Part shown: piece after piece, positions 12,259-24,100 of the stretch
Layout of the letters: the number at the start of each line of letters is the position of its first letter
Numbering within the stretch: position 1 is the first letter of the stretch
Assembly: GCF_018350175.1 (NCBI RefSeq)
Contig: NC_058368.1
Location: forward strand, 200,944,001-201,008,000
Reading direction: 5' to 3'
Source: Felis catus
Taxonomy: Eukaryota
DNA length: 64,000 bases
The notes under the pieces: model-generated
The model's input: the letters and a program-made list of their open reading frames with translations, nothing else
The model's database searches: none
What the model was told of the DNA's origin: nothing
Made by a program: the position numbers and the translations under genes

Positions 12259-13137
12259 TTTGACTTTATTTGAAAACTTAATTGAGAAATTTTATTCAAA
12301 GGGTATTTTATACAAAGGATACTCTTTTATTGAATTGTCACCTTTGGCTAAAAATAAATTGTATAAAATTGAATTAAAAATAATGAGCTATTTGTAATGA
12401 GGAATTTATTGGGAAGATTATTGAACTTCATTTAACTATCCCATATATCTATGAAATAACAAAGGCCGAAGACCAAAAATACTGTCAATATAGTTTGTAT
12501 GTATAAAACTTCCTAAAAACCCTTATGCATGTATCATTCAATACCTGTAATTTGTCTTTATGTATGGTTCCAGTGAACGTTCAAACCAAATAAAAAGATT
12601 GAGGAAAAAATGTTAGTTGATCAAGGATGTTCTATTTTTTAGGCAAAGAATTTGCATCATAATCCAATGAATACCTGGTCAATCATTCAATCTATCTTTA
12701 AACAAATTTTAAAGGAATGCCAAGAAAAATAAAGTTTGCATAAGTCTGTTTCTTTGAGTCAAAGACAATTTTTTTTTCTCCAAATTGAGATGACATGATT
12801 TCTATGGCAAAGCTCAAGGTAGTTTTTAGCGGAGAGGCACCTGGAAATATTGCATATGTTTCAGCTGAAAATACCCATGATATGTGTTAAGGAAAAGATC
12901 CTGAGAATAGAATGCCAGAAACTTCTTCCAAAAATAACTTACTTTTCTCCTAATCACTCTGCGGTAGAAGCCAGAGTGGCAATCTTGACAGACATAGGCA
13001 GCTAACTAATGTATTGATGCAGGATAGACCAGTGATCCTGTGCTTTACCTCTTTTCTATTGAATTTAGAAGATATAATGCATGTAAATCCCTTAAAACTG
13101 TTCTGGCAGAGTAAGCATTCAATACTGGAAGCGGCCA

Positions 13138-13397
13138 TATATCATAAAGTTTAAGTGCACGTGCTCTGGAGCCAGACTGCCTGGGTGTGAGTCCCAGTTC
13201 TACCACATCTCCCCATGTGACTCTGAGCAAGTACTTAACCTCTTTGTGCTTCAGGTTTCTTTTCTTTTTCATCTGTGAAGTATGGATAATAATGAAACTA
13301 CTTCATAGGCTGGTTGTGAAGATTAAAATAGTAAATGCACGTTAAGTGTTGAGAGCCACACCTGTCTCATAAGGGCTCAATAAATTAGCTATTATTA
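13138..13397 (+). mobile_element. Near full-length MIR, preceded by a MIR 3' fragment at ~13060-13130
   Basis: ctctggagccagactgcctgggt...gtgactctgagcaagtacttaacctct...gggctcaataaattagctatt. Confidence 0.92.
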
Positions 13398-14644
13398 CTT
13401 AGTATGTACATGATGCTTAAAACGTTAGCCTCTTCCTCCTGTCACAAAGAGAAGTCATTTTATTAATTGCAAATGTAAATCCTTGTTTTCTTTTATAATT
13501 TCTACTGTACTTACATGCCATTTTCCCTTGGATAATACCCAGTGGTCTTTTTTCTTATCAAAACTTCAAATAAATCATTGTTATTTTTCTATGCATGAAA
13601 GATATCCTAAACATTTAAAAGAAATAATTACATACATTTAAAGGAAATAATTCTTATTAAGATTTAAAAAAATAATTAGATGCACATTTGAAAACACATT
13701 ACATTTTTAAAGCAGATTATTTCTCCTTAAGGATGATGATATAGAGAATTCATTTTGAGCCTTCAGGGTATAAACAAAGACACTATTCAAGTTTCATAAA
13801 TTCTTTTAACGTGCCAGATGTAAAATCAATTAGCTGTAGAAATATGGCCTCATATTTTAAGGACTGCAACATTCTAATTGCTTGGTCTGCAGTTTTGGGT
13901 TTTTTTTTTAAACAGTAATATAAGGGGATTTGGACTTAAACATTTTTCATTTCTAGAATGTTCCTGGTTGACTTTTGAAAGTACCCTAACATAAAGGCAC
14001 TGAGAATCTTCTTTGGAAATTTAAAAACAGAAAATCACATCTGTACTTTCAAGAAGACATCTCAGAAAGGTAATAAAGGGCCATCAACAGGACTCATCTA
14101 TGATCCGTAAATATTTGTTATGAGTGTTCAAAATTGTAAATGTCTATTCTAGAGAACACTCTAAAATTTACGATTTAAAAAAATTTCAACAGACTGAGAT
14201 TGTTCCAGTAGATTAGACATTGCCTAAGAAAAAAGAAAATAATACTCTTTAAAATATAATCACAGGCAGTAGTGATGAGACAGTAGCTTACTGGAATGGC
14301 AAATTAATGACTTAAGACTGGAGAGGTCAGCTGATTTGACTAGACTTAGTTCCACATGCCTAGTCTTTGCAAACCTTGGTCACATTATCAAAAAAATAAA
14401 GCATGGACAAATTGCTTGACTTAAATGGGTAGTTCACAACTAACATCTATTAACAAAGCCTGTTCTAATGGACAGGTATGTTTATATTAGCTTTTTATCA
14501 GCTCCTTACTACCCATTTCCAGATCAATTACTTGCTGATTTTTAGACAAAATTCAAAGTGCTTCCTACCAAAGACACTTTTAACCATGTCTCTAATCTAG
14601 ATCAAAACCAGGACATTCATTTTTCTTGCTCAAATGTGATGTAA

Positions 14645-14945
14645 TTTGGTTATCACTTATCTGAATTACTTGAAGTCAGATATGTTTGGAAATTTGGGAT
14701 TTTCTATATTTTAGACATAAAATGTAATCTAGATATAGTATACTTCATAATAGCCTCAGCAGGGTGTGATGCAGTATGTTATAATTAAAAGCATTAATAT
14801 TTCTTCAGCATAAATATATAGATAGTGACACTGATTAGATTAGATAAATAACATAAAATAACTAAGTCACAAAATAAGCTAACTAAAAATGTTAGCTTTA
14901 TAGAACATCGGAGATTTCAGACTTGTAAATGAGGTATTGTGATTA
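14645..14945. mobile_element. MER46C-like TcMar-Tigger MITE
   Basis: cacttatctgaa...cagatatgtttggaaatt; cagcagggtgtgatgcag; cattaatatttcttcagc; ggagatttcagacttgtaaatgaggtattgtg. Confidence 0.75.
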
Positions 14946-14979
14946 ATAATATAAAAATAATGAACTAAAAATGATTTCT

Positions 14980-15208
14980 TTTTTTTTTAATTTTTTTTTT
15001 TTTGCAACATTTATTTTATTTTTGGGACAGAGAGAGACAGAGCATGAACGGGGGAGGGGCAGAGAGAGAGGGAGACACAGAATCGGAAATAGGCTCCAGG
15101 CTCTGAGCCATCAGCCCAGAGCCTGACGCGGGGCTCGAGCTCACGGACCGCGAGATCGTGACCTGGCTGAAGTCGGACACTTAACCGACTGCGCCACCCA
15201 GGCGCCCC
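14980..15208 (-). mobile_element. Young felid CanSINE (SINEC_Fc-type)
   Basis: Near-identical to the copy at 73-298; TSD ta[a/g]aaatgatttct. Confidence 0.97.
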
Positions 15209-15969
15209 TAGAAATGATTTCTGATAATAGATCATGGTTACCGAAATCACAAATTTATATAAACCAATGAAAGAATATGGAGTAACCACCTCACTGGTAA
15301 TCATCCTAAATTTTAGAAAAAAAATATGTCTTTAAAAATAACTCTATGAAGGCACTAGAAATCAATCAGCAATAAACAGAAACTGGAGGTAATACAACCC
15401 TTGAAAGGAGGGAACCACCTAGGTGAGATGCACAATTATACATTGTTATTCCCATAGGGACACTGCCTAGTTTATATTTGCATGTAGAAAGAGCCTGAGG
15501 AATCAGAAGTAGAATTTAGACTACCCAGAATGGCTGAAAAATGGTTGGATAATGCCAGAAACGAAAAGGATTTACAAAAACAACAACAACAACAACGACA
15601 ACAAAACCCTCTGTCTAAATCCAAAGCTGGTATCTGAATGGCTTATGCATGGAGTGAGACTCCAAACTCCAGAAAAAAAACAATGGCTGGAAGTCTGGGA
15701 GCTGAAAGAGACTTCAAAAATTACCTGTTGCTGAGAGTTTGGATTTAAAGTTTCACTAAATTAGAGGACCTTAATGAACTGCCTTTACATTGAACTCTAG
15801 AAGGAATATGAATAGAAATAAAGACCAAACCCCAAGAGCAAGGACTTTGGCATAAGAATAAGGACACAATTGAAACAGTCATTTTCTAACAAAGCCTAAA
15901 ACAAGCCTTCACAATATTAAGGTAATCTACCAGTAACTTAATGGCCTATGAGAACAAAATTCACTTTTT

Positions 15970-17275
15970 AAAAATTCCTTATGCTACACCTTTTATCCCC
16001 ATGACTTATTCATTCCATAACTAGAAGCCTACACCTCCTACTCCCCTTGACCCATTTTGCCTGTCCCCTCTCCCTCCGGCAACCACCAATTTGTTCTCTG
16101 TATTTATGGGTCTGTTTCTGCTGTTTTGCTTGTTTTATTGTTCATTTTGTTTTGTTTTAGATTCTACATATAAGTGAAAATAATATGGTATTTGTCTTTC
16201 TTTGTCTGGTTTATCCCACTTAGCATAATACCCTCTAGGTCCATCTATGTTGCTGCAAATGGCAAAAAATTCATTCTTTTTCAAGGCTGAGTAATATTCT
16301 ATTATGTATCTGTAGCATATCTTCTTTATCCATTCAACTATCAGTGGACGCTGGGGTTGCTTCCATGTCTTGGCTATTATAACTAATGATGTAATCAACA
16401 TAGGGGTACATGTATCTTTTCAAATTTGTGTTTTCAGTTTCTTTGGGTATATACCCAGAAGTAGAATTATTAGATAATATGGCATTTCTATTTTTAATCT
16501 TTTGAGGCACCTTCATATTGTTTTCCACAGTGGCTGTACCAATTTACATTCCCACCAACAGTGTCCTAGAGTTCCTTTTACTCCACATTCTTCACAATAC
16601 TTTTTATTTCTTGTTTTTTTTTTTTTTTTTCATTCCAGTGACTCTGACAGGTATAAATAAGGTGATATCTCACTGTGGTTTTGATTTGCTTTTCCCTGAT
16701 GATTAGTGATGAACATTTTAATGTGACTGTTGGCCATTTGTATGTATTTTTTCAGGGAAAAAAGTCTATTTGGGTCCTCTGACCATGTTTTAATTGGATC
16801 ATTTGTGGTTTTTTGGTGTTGAGTTTTGTAAGTTCTATATATATTTTAGATATTAACCCTTTATTGGATGTATCATTTGCAAAAAATTTTCTCTATTTTG
16901 GTAGGTTGACTTCCTCATTTTGTTGATTTCTTTCACTATGCAAAAGACTTTTATTTTAGTATAGTCCCAATAGTTTACTTTTGCTTTTGTTTCTCTTGCT
17001 TTAGAAGACATACCTAGAAAAACATTGCTAAGACCATAATCCACGAGATCACTGCATATGTTTTTTTCTAGGAGTTTTATGGTTTTAGGCCTCATATTTA
17101 GGTCTTTAATCCCTTTTAACTTTTTTGTTGTGCATGTAAAGTGGTTTGGTTTCATTCTTTTGCATGTGACCACCCATTTTTTCCCAATACCATTGTTGAA
17201 GAGACTATCTTTTACCCATTGTATATACTTGCTTCTTTCATCATAGATTAGTTGTCCATATAAGTGTGGGCTTAT
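15970..17275 (-). mobile_element. 5'-truncated L1 (ORF2 C-terminus plus partial 3'UTR), carnivore/L1MA-like
   Basis: Translated fragments IIAKTWKQPQRPL..EWIKK..IEYYSALKKNE and IKDLNMRPKTIKLLEKNI..SKARETKAKVNYWDY match L1 ORF2p. Confidence 0.95.
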
Positions 17276-17281
17276 TCATTA

Positions 17282-17507
17282 TTTTTATTATTTTTTATTA
17301 TTTTTATTTTTTAATGTCTATTTTTGAGAGAGAGACAGAGTGTCAGCGGGAGAGGGGCAGAGAGAGAGGGAGACACAGAATCCGAAGCAGTCTCCAGGCT
17401 CTGAGCTGTCATCACAGAACCCAATACAAGGATTGAAATCACAAACCATGAGGTCATAACCTGAGCCAAAGTCGGATGCCTACGTGACCAAGCCACCCAG
17501 GTGCCCC
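17282..17507 (-). mobile_element. CanSINE
   Basis: Full antisense body ending gtgcccc. Confidence 0.95.
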
Positions 17508-19813
17508 TTCTATTTTTCAAAGGAAGGTAATAAAATTCAGTTTCTGCAACATGTCATCCACAATGTTTAATATCCTTTTAAAAAAAAACCTATGAAACGT
17601 AGTAAAGAAATACAAAAATTCAACCCATAGACCAGAGTGAAGTGGGATGAAGGGAGGACATAGAAACACAGCCAGAGATAACAAAGATGTTGAAATTAAC
17701 AGACAATATATAACCAATATGTTGAGGTGAGAAGACAAGATTTCATAATTACTAAGATGAAAATATTAAAGAATATATAGCAGAAAATGGATATAACGGG
17801 TAAATTTCTAGGCAGATATGAAAGCTATAAAAAAAGAATCAAATGGAAATCCTAGGGCAAAAAATATATAATATCTCCACAGAAAAATTATTATATAGGC
17901 TTTATAGCAGATTGTATACACATACAGACACTCAACGAATCAATGATCTATTTATACCAATCTATAGATTATACAGATGAAAGTGCAAAGACGAGATAAA
18001 GAAAAAATACAGAAACTTTATGATCTATAAGATTGTATCGGGAGATCTAACACATGTGAAATGCAGTTCAAACTATGTCAATGCTGCTTGGAACTCACTG
18101 AAAGGAAAAAATAAAAGTGCTCTTAACATATCAGAGTTGTCAACAAAAGTCTTTCATTTATTAAGTGCTTGCTGTGTTATCACTAATTTTGACTTCAGAG
18201 ATCCAGTGGTGAACAAGAATGACAAGATTTATGATTTTATGAAACTTACATTCTAGTTATGGAAACCAAACGCTGAACTACAATTTTAATCATATGTCTT
18301 ATAGTAATAAAATAAAATAAATTGATATCATGGAAAGTAGCCAGTTAGTACTCTAAATAACATTCTGAAAGGTCTGTCTGAGGAGGTAACACTTGAGGTT
18401 TGACACCACAGAGCAAGTCCTGGGATGAAGAGGGTAGAGTAATTTAGAAAGACAAAATAACTAATGTAAACGCCTTAAAGTAGAAAGAAGTTTCACATGT
18501 TTGAGGAACAGAAAGATACCAAGTATAGTTCCAGAGCAATAAGTTAAAGGGACTATTATATAAGGTGAGGATGCAAAGGCCAATCAGGTCAGGCCAGGTA
18601 AAGGAGCTTCTTTGCTTATTTGTTTGTTTGTTTTTACACAATAGGAAAACACTGAAGTGTTTTAAATGACATGCCATACCATGCCATGATTTATGCTTTT
18701 AAAAAATCACTGTGGGAAGAAAAAATGTTACAGGGGAAAAAAATAAAAACTGGAAATTTGATGTTGACTGCACAAGGTAAATAGGCATAAATTTGTAATG
18801 GGGGATCAGGAAAAAGAGGAATCAAGAATGATTCCCTAGAGTTTAAGTTTGGGTCTCGAGGAATTGGAGGATGGTAAATATGAGATAAAGAAAACCCTGG
18901 AAGAAGTGTTAAGTTTGGAAAAGAAATGAAGAGTTCTATTTTGGACATGTTGCAGTTAAGGTCCCTTGAAGATACCCAAGTGGAGATATGAAGTAGGTAG
19001 TCTGGTGTATGAGAGTAAAGTTCAGGACAATGTTCAGAACTATATCTATAAATCAGGGGGTCCATGGAATAAAGATGCTCAAATCTGTGAATTTAGGTAA
19101 GATCATTTAAAGAGAAACTATGATTAAAGAAGAGAAATAGCTAAGATTTCAGTCCTTGGGCACTGTAAAATTTAAATGTAAAAATTAAATGCATGGCCAG
19201 TAAGGTAGAAGCAAAACCAATAGAATATACTAAATGGAAACAGGTGTTCAAAAGGAGTTCTTTCATGTATTCAAATATTTATTAAGTACTCACTATGTGA
19301 CAGTCAATGTTTCAGGCCATTGAGTTACATCAGTGGATATTAAAATGGATAAAAATCTCTATTATTATTAAGATTATTTTCTAGTGGGAAGAGAGACAAT
19401 AAAACAATAAATATAATAAATTTAAAAATCATATTACAGAAGATGAATTTTAATGAAAAACTTTTTTAATGTAGAGCATGTTAACAAGGGTATAGAACAG
19501 TAGGTATAATGGAAGAAACGGTTTGTAATTTAAATTATTGTGATCAGAGTAGGAAATGATTAACTTTGTCAAGGGCTATCGAAAGATTAAAGGAAAAACT
19601 GAAGACAGAGCAATGAATTCTAAATTGGTGGTAGTTGATAACTTTTGACAAGAGTGGTTTCAGAGTATGGTGTGTATGGAGTGGGTTGAGAAAAAACTTC
19701 AAAATGAGAAGATAGGGACAGTTACTGTAGAAAAATCTTCTCAAGATTAGCTTTCAAAAAGAACAAAAAATTGAAGACATTATTAAGAAAGGATGTAAAG
19801 CCAAGGAAACACT

Positions 19814-20045
19814 TTTTTTTTTGTTGTTTTAATTTTTTTAACATTTATTCATTTTTGAGAGACAGAGAAAAACAGAGCGTGAGCGGGGAAGGGGCAGAGA
19901 AAGAGAGGGAGACACAGAATCTGAAACAGGCTCCAGGCTCTGAGCTGTCCGCACAGAGCCCGACGCAGGGCTCAAACTCACAAACTGCGAGATCCTAACC
20001 CAAGCCAAAGTTGGACGCTCAACCGACTGAACCACCCAGGCACCC
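19814..20045 (-). mobile_element. CanSINE
   Basis: Full body; TSD aaagccaag..aacact. Confidence 0.95.
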
Positions 20046-20164
20046 AAAGCCAAGCCAACACTGTCTAAAATTTTGGAGTTACTGAAGAAGGCGGTATGCT
20101 GATGGATATGACCCAGTGTGAATAGAAAAAAATTGATGATGTGAAACAATTGCATATATATACT

Positions 20165-20166
<2 letters not shown>

Positions 20167-20209
<43 letters not shown>
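20167..20209. repeat. (TG)n microsatellite
   Basis: About 21 perfect units. Confidence 0.97.
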
Positions 20210-20210
<1 letters not shown>

Positions 20211-20794
20211 GTTCACCAAGCAACTGGGACGCCTAGAGCAGATGGTATTTGGAAACATGATGAAGGTGATTGCTTTGGATAGGTTTGGCACAAGGCATTA
20301 CACCCAATATTGTAATAGGATAGAAAGAGAATGTGGCAAATTTGGGTAGGTTGGTGTGTATAGTATTATTGGAGAAACCAGATGAATTCCATTTGATTAT
20401 TTCTACTGATTCTATGGACTATGAATGTAAGTCTTTGGTTTAACTTAAAGAGAAGTTCATGTTGTGCTCGTTAAGTATCAGTCATAATCCCCTTTGCATT
20501 CAAATTCAGAGCAGGTAGGAAACAAGAAGGCACATAGAAAAGGAAGTACCAGCTTTGTTCATTCAAACAGTAGAAAGCCAGTGAAATTGTAGAGCATGTA
20601 CAGTTAGATATTTGGATTTAGAGTTCAAAGAGAAGCCTGAGATGGAAATGAAGAGTTCATAGTCAATAGATAAAGCTTGGATTTGAATGATATCATCTAG
20701 AAAGAAAATATAGTGAGAAAAAAGTAGAGAGCTAAAAATGGAACCTAAAGGAAAACTCATATTTCAAGTGCAAAAAGAAAAAGATGACCTTTCT

Positions 20795-20820
20795 TTTTAT
20801 AAATATTTTAATGTTTATTT

Positions 20821-20858
<38 letters not shown>

Positions 20859-21023
20859 ATGAATGGGGGAGGGGCAGAGAGAGAGGGAGACACAGAATCT
20901 GAAGCAGGCTCCAGGCTCTGAGCTGTCAGCACAGAGCCCAATGTGGGGCTGGACCTCACAAACCATGAGATCACGACCTTAGCCGAAGTCAGACGCCCCA
21001 CCGACTGAGCCACCCAGGCGCCC
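20795..21023 (-). mobile_element. CanSINE
   Basis: Full body; TSD gaaaaagatga....tct at 20777 and 21025. Confidence 0.95.
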
Positions 21024-21334
21024 TGAAAAAGATGAACATTCTGGGAAGTAACCAGAACATTTAGTAACTCAGAGTTCAACATATTTAGTTATAGTATCAA
21101 ATACCAAAGAAAAATAACTAAGATAAAAGAAAATAAGGATATGGAAATTGTAATTTTAGTTGACTAGACCTAAAACTGGACTCCAGTAGATTGAGGACTG
21201 AAAGAGAAGGAAGGAAAGTAATGATGTTGAAGTTGGTCTGCTATTTCAAGAATCTTGACTGTAATGGGGAAAGGAGGGAAATGAGAATAACTAAATGAAG
21301 TAGACTTTTTGTTGCGTAGGTTTTATATATTTTT

Positions 21335-21563
21335 ATTTATTTTTTTTTTAATTTTTTTTTCAACATTTATTTATTTTTGGGACAGAGAGAGACAGAGCAT
21401 GAACGGGGGAGGGGCAGAGAGAGAGGGAGACACAGAATTGGAAACAGGCTCCAGGCTCTGAGCCATCAGCCCAGAGCCTGACGCGGGGCTGGAACTCACG
21501 GACCGCGAGATCATGACCTGGCTGAAGTCGGACGCTTAACCGACTGCGCCACCCAGGCGCCCC
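21335..21563 (-). mobile_element. Young felid CanSINE (SINEC_Fc-type)
   Basis: Diagnostic gggacagagagagacagagcatgaacggggg and gactgcgccacccaggcgcccc; TSD tatatattttt. Confidence 0.97.
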
Positions 21564-22196
21564 TATATATTTTTTAATGGTAGAGACTTAATCTAGATTA
21601 TTTGTTAAGAGCAATGAAAAGTAGAATGGGAGTTTACAGACATGAGAAAGACAATAGTAAAACAAATACCTCAAGGGGGAAGAGAAATGGTGGCCAGAGC
21701 AGAAGGTGGCAGAATGAGACTCAGACAAGTAAATGTATATAACTTGGTACGTATTGGTAGAGGAAACAGGGAACTCTCCCCTGAAATTCTCAGTGTTCTT
21801 AGTGAAATTGGAACCAAATGAAAAAGAACAGGTTAAAGGAAGGAAAATAAAATCAAATGAGATTGTTTTTCCTAAGTGGTCTACCCAACCTGGACAAAAC
21901 CCAGGGTAAATAGAACAAAGAAATGAACATAAAAATCTATGAAATGAGATACTAAACAGAAAGTTATCTATAGAAATTAAGATTTCCAAGAAGAAAATTC
22001 TTACTCCATAGCTGAAAATTAATGTCCCATCTCCAGTCCCCCATAAAGAGATCGTCTAAGAATCTCTGAGAGGAACTCAGACTTTTTACAAAGGCAAATG
22101 CAGACAGTACAAGGCATATGGTTAACAAAAGGCAGGTAGAAACCAATGTCTCATGTGTATGTAAGTTATGACTTGCATAAGATTTTAAAAATTAGA

Positions 22197-22370
22197 GGGT
22201 CACCTGGGTGGCTCAGTTGGTTAAGGGTCGGACTCGATTTCGGCTCAGGTCATGATCTTGTGGTTTAGTGAGTTCGAGCCCTGCTTTGGCTCTACACTGA
22301 CAGTGTGGAGGGTGCTTGAGATTTTCCCTCTTTCTCTGCCCCCCCCAATAATTAAACTTAAAAAAGAAAG
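22197..22370 (+). mobile_element. Older CanSINE
   Basis: Head and B-box present, short CT tract; TSD aagatttt..aaaa.taga. Confidence 0.9.
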
Positions 22371-22399
22371 ATTTTTAAAAATGAGAAACAAAGGGCTGA

Positions 22400-22715
22400 T
22401 TTTCTTTTTCTGATCTCTAAAACAAATCACACCAAATTAGCCACAATTTCTGGTACAGTCCTAATAGGATAATGCCAAACACAAAGTTTATGAAATACAG
22501 GCATTTGATAGAACCTATAGTGAGATTCTTGTTGATGCATTGAGAAGAGTGAACTTGACAACTAGATTTATCCAGGGGAATTGGTAAGTGACAGAAATAT
22601 TGCCAATTAATGGATTTCTACTAGCCAGTAGGAAAGTGTCTCAGTGGAATGTTGAAAAGTGCAATTTTCAACCCTACCTATTGCAAACATTTTATCAATG
22701 ACTTAGATGCTATAA
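22400..22715 (+). mobile_element. L3/CR1 LINE reverse-transcriptase remnant
   Basis: ggcatttgatag...attaatggatt...gtctcagtgg...aacattttatcaatgacttagatg (FINDLD-like) matches recalled L3. Confidence 0.65.
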
Positions 22716-22928
22716 CACATGGCAAGGTTATGACGGAAGAGAAAATTAACAAAAATGCATGTGAGTGTGTGTGAATAAGAGAAGAAAGAGATAAGGAAGG
22801 GGGAAAGGAGAAACAGATGGAAGACACAGAGAAAGGTATCTATCCAATCATGTTTATACCCACGGCCACCATTCTGATCATTGTCCTTATAATTCTTGTC
22901 TGAAGCATGGCACCCCACCCTATTTTCT

Positions 22929-23153
22929 CTTTTTTTAAAAAAAATTTTTAACATTTTTATTCAGTTTTGAGAGACAGAGACAGAATGTGAATGAGGGAGA
23001 GGCTGAGAGAGAGGGAGACACAGAATCTAAAGCAGGCTCCAGACTCTGAGCCCTCAGCACAGAGCCTGACGCGGGGTTTAAACCCACGAACCCGTGAGAT
23101 CATGACCTGAGCTAAATTCACATGCTGAAACGACTGAGCCACCCTGGCACCCC
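22929..23153 (-). mobile_element. CanSINE (tandem with the next element)
   Basis: Full antisense body. Confidence 0.93.
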
Positions 23154-23159
23154 ACGAAT

Positions 23160-23370
23160 AATTTCTTTTAAGTTTATTTATTTCTTTTGAGAGAAAGAGA
23201 GAGGGCGGTGAAGGGCAGGGAGAGAGGGAGACACAGAATCCGAAGCAGGCTCCAGGCTCTGAGCTGCCAGCCCAGAGCCTGACGCAGGGCTCAAACCCAC
23301 GAACAAATGGCGAGATCATGACCTGAGCTGAAGTCAGAAGCCTAACCCAATGAGCCACCCAAGTGTCCCC
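23160..23370 (-). mobile_element. CanSINE
   Basis: Full antisense body ending gtgtcccc. Confidence 0.93.
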
Positions 23371-23469
23371 TATTTTCCTGCTATCACTTTTATGGTTGCC
23401 ACGTTTAGAGAAATGCAAAATCAGAAAGCAAATAAAAAAGGGCAGTGCCATAAGAAGGCTTATTGACAG

Positions 23470-23720
23470 CGTGAAAATACGTAAAGATGGTGGCCTTTGA
23501 AGCCTGACAAATGCAGGCTTAAATTTTGACTCTCTAGTTACTAACTACGTGACTTGGTCAATTTATTTAATCTTTTCCTGCCTCATTTTCTTTCTCTGAA
23601 TAAAAGACATGTCTATCATAGATATACTGATTGAGGATTCAATGAGATTATAGAGAAGAAATGCCTGGGTGATTTGTTCCTATTAAATTGTTGCAATGAA
23701 TACATAAAAAACTGTTGTAG
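23470..23720 (+). mobile_element. MIR
   Basis: ttactaactacgtgacttggtcaatttatttaatcttttcctgcctcattttc...gaggattcaatgagat. Confidence 0.8.
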
Positions 23721-23889
23721 GAACTGACAGTGATTACCTTCAAAAGGAAAGGTGGGGAGGATGAGAGAATTGTCTTCAAAAAAGTACTCTCTTAATACTT
23801 GAATACTTATTGTTTCAAGTATCATATATTGTAAAATTTGGTTTATATAAAAACAATGGCCTACAGAACAATGGGTAATATATCATAGA

Positions 23890-24100
23890 ATAAAGATTGG
23901 GACTCAGTATCAGAAGAATATTTTCTGACACATAGAATTGTGAGAAAATACCTAAACTGCCAGGGGATGCAGTGAAATTTCAGTTATTGAAGATTTTCCA
24001 GCTGAGGATGGGAAAATACCAGAGCAGTCATTCAGGGGCTGCATATATACGGTAGAAGACAGGATGAGATCGCTGTAAAACTCCTCTCCACAATTTGACA
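23890..24100 (+). mobile_element. L3/CR1 3' remnant
   Basis: gactcagtatcagaagaatattttctgaca...actgccaggggatgcagtg...ttgaagattttccagctgagg. Confidence 0.55.

Larger units (their letters stand above)
15225..18100 (+). mobile_element. Old L1M 5'/ORF1-region remnants (15225-15965 and 17515-18100), split by a younger L1 and a SINE
   Basis: A-rich degenerate L1-like sequence, e.g. gaagctataaaaaaagaatcaaatggaaatcctag and aattcaacccatagaccagag. Confidence 0.55.
18150..21300 (-). mobile_element. Cluster of L2 fragments (at least two 3' ends, near 18150 and 19265)
   Basis: catttattaagtgcttgctgtgt; ttttggacatgttgcagttaaggtcccttgaagatacccaagtggagat; aaatatttattaagtactcactatgtg. Confidence 0.85.

Noticed and set aside
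12935..13045. Possible minus-strand exon ending in a GTAAGT donor
   Set aside because: The acceptor lacks a polypyrimidine tract and the longest frame contains a stop.
22957..23451. Longest ORF in the track (164 aa)
   Set aside because: It reads through two tandem SINEs.
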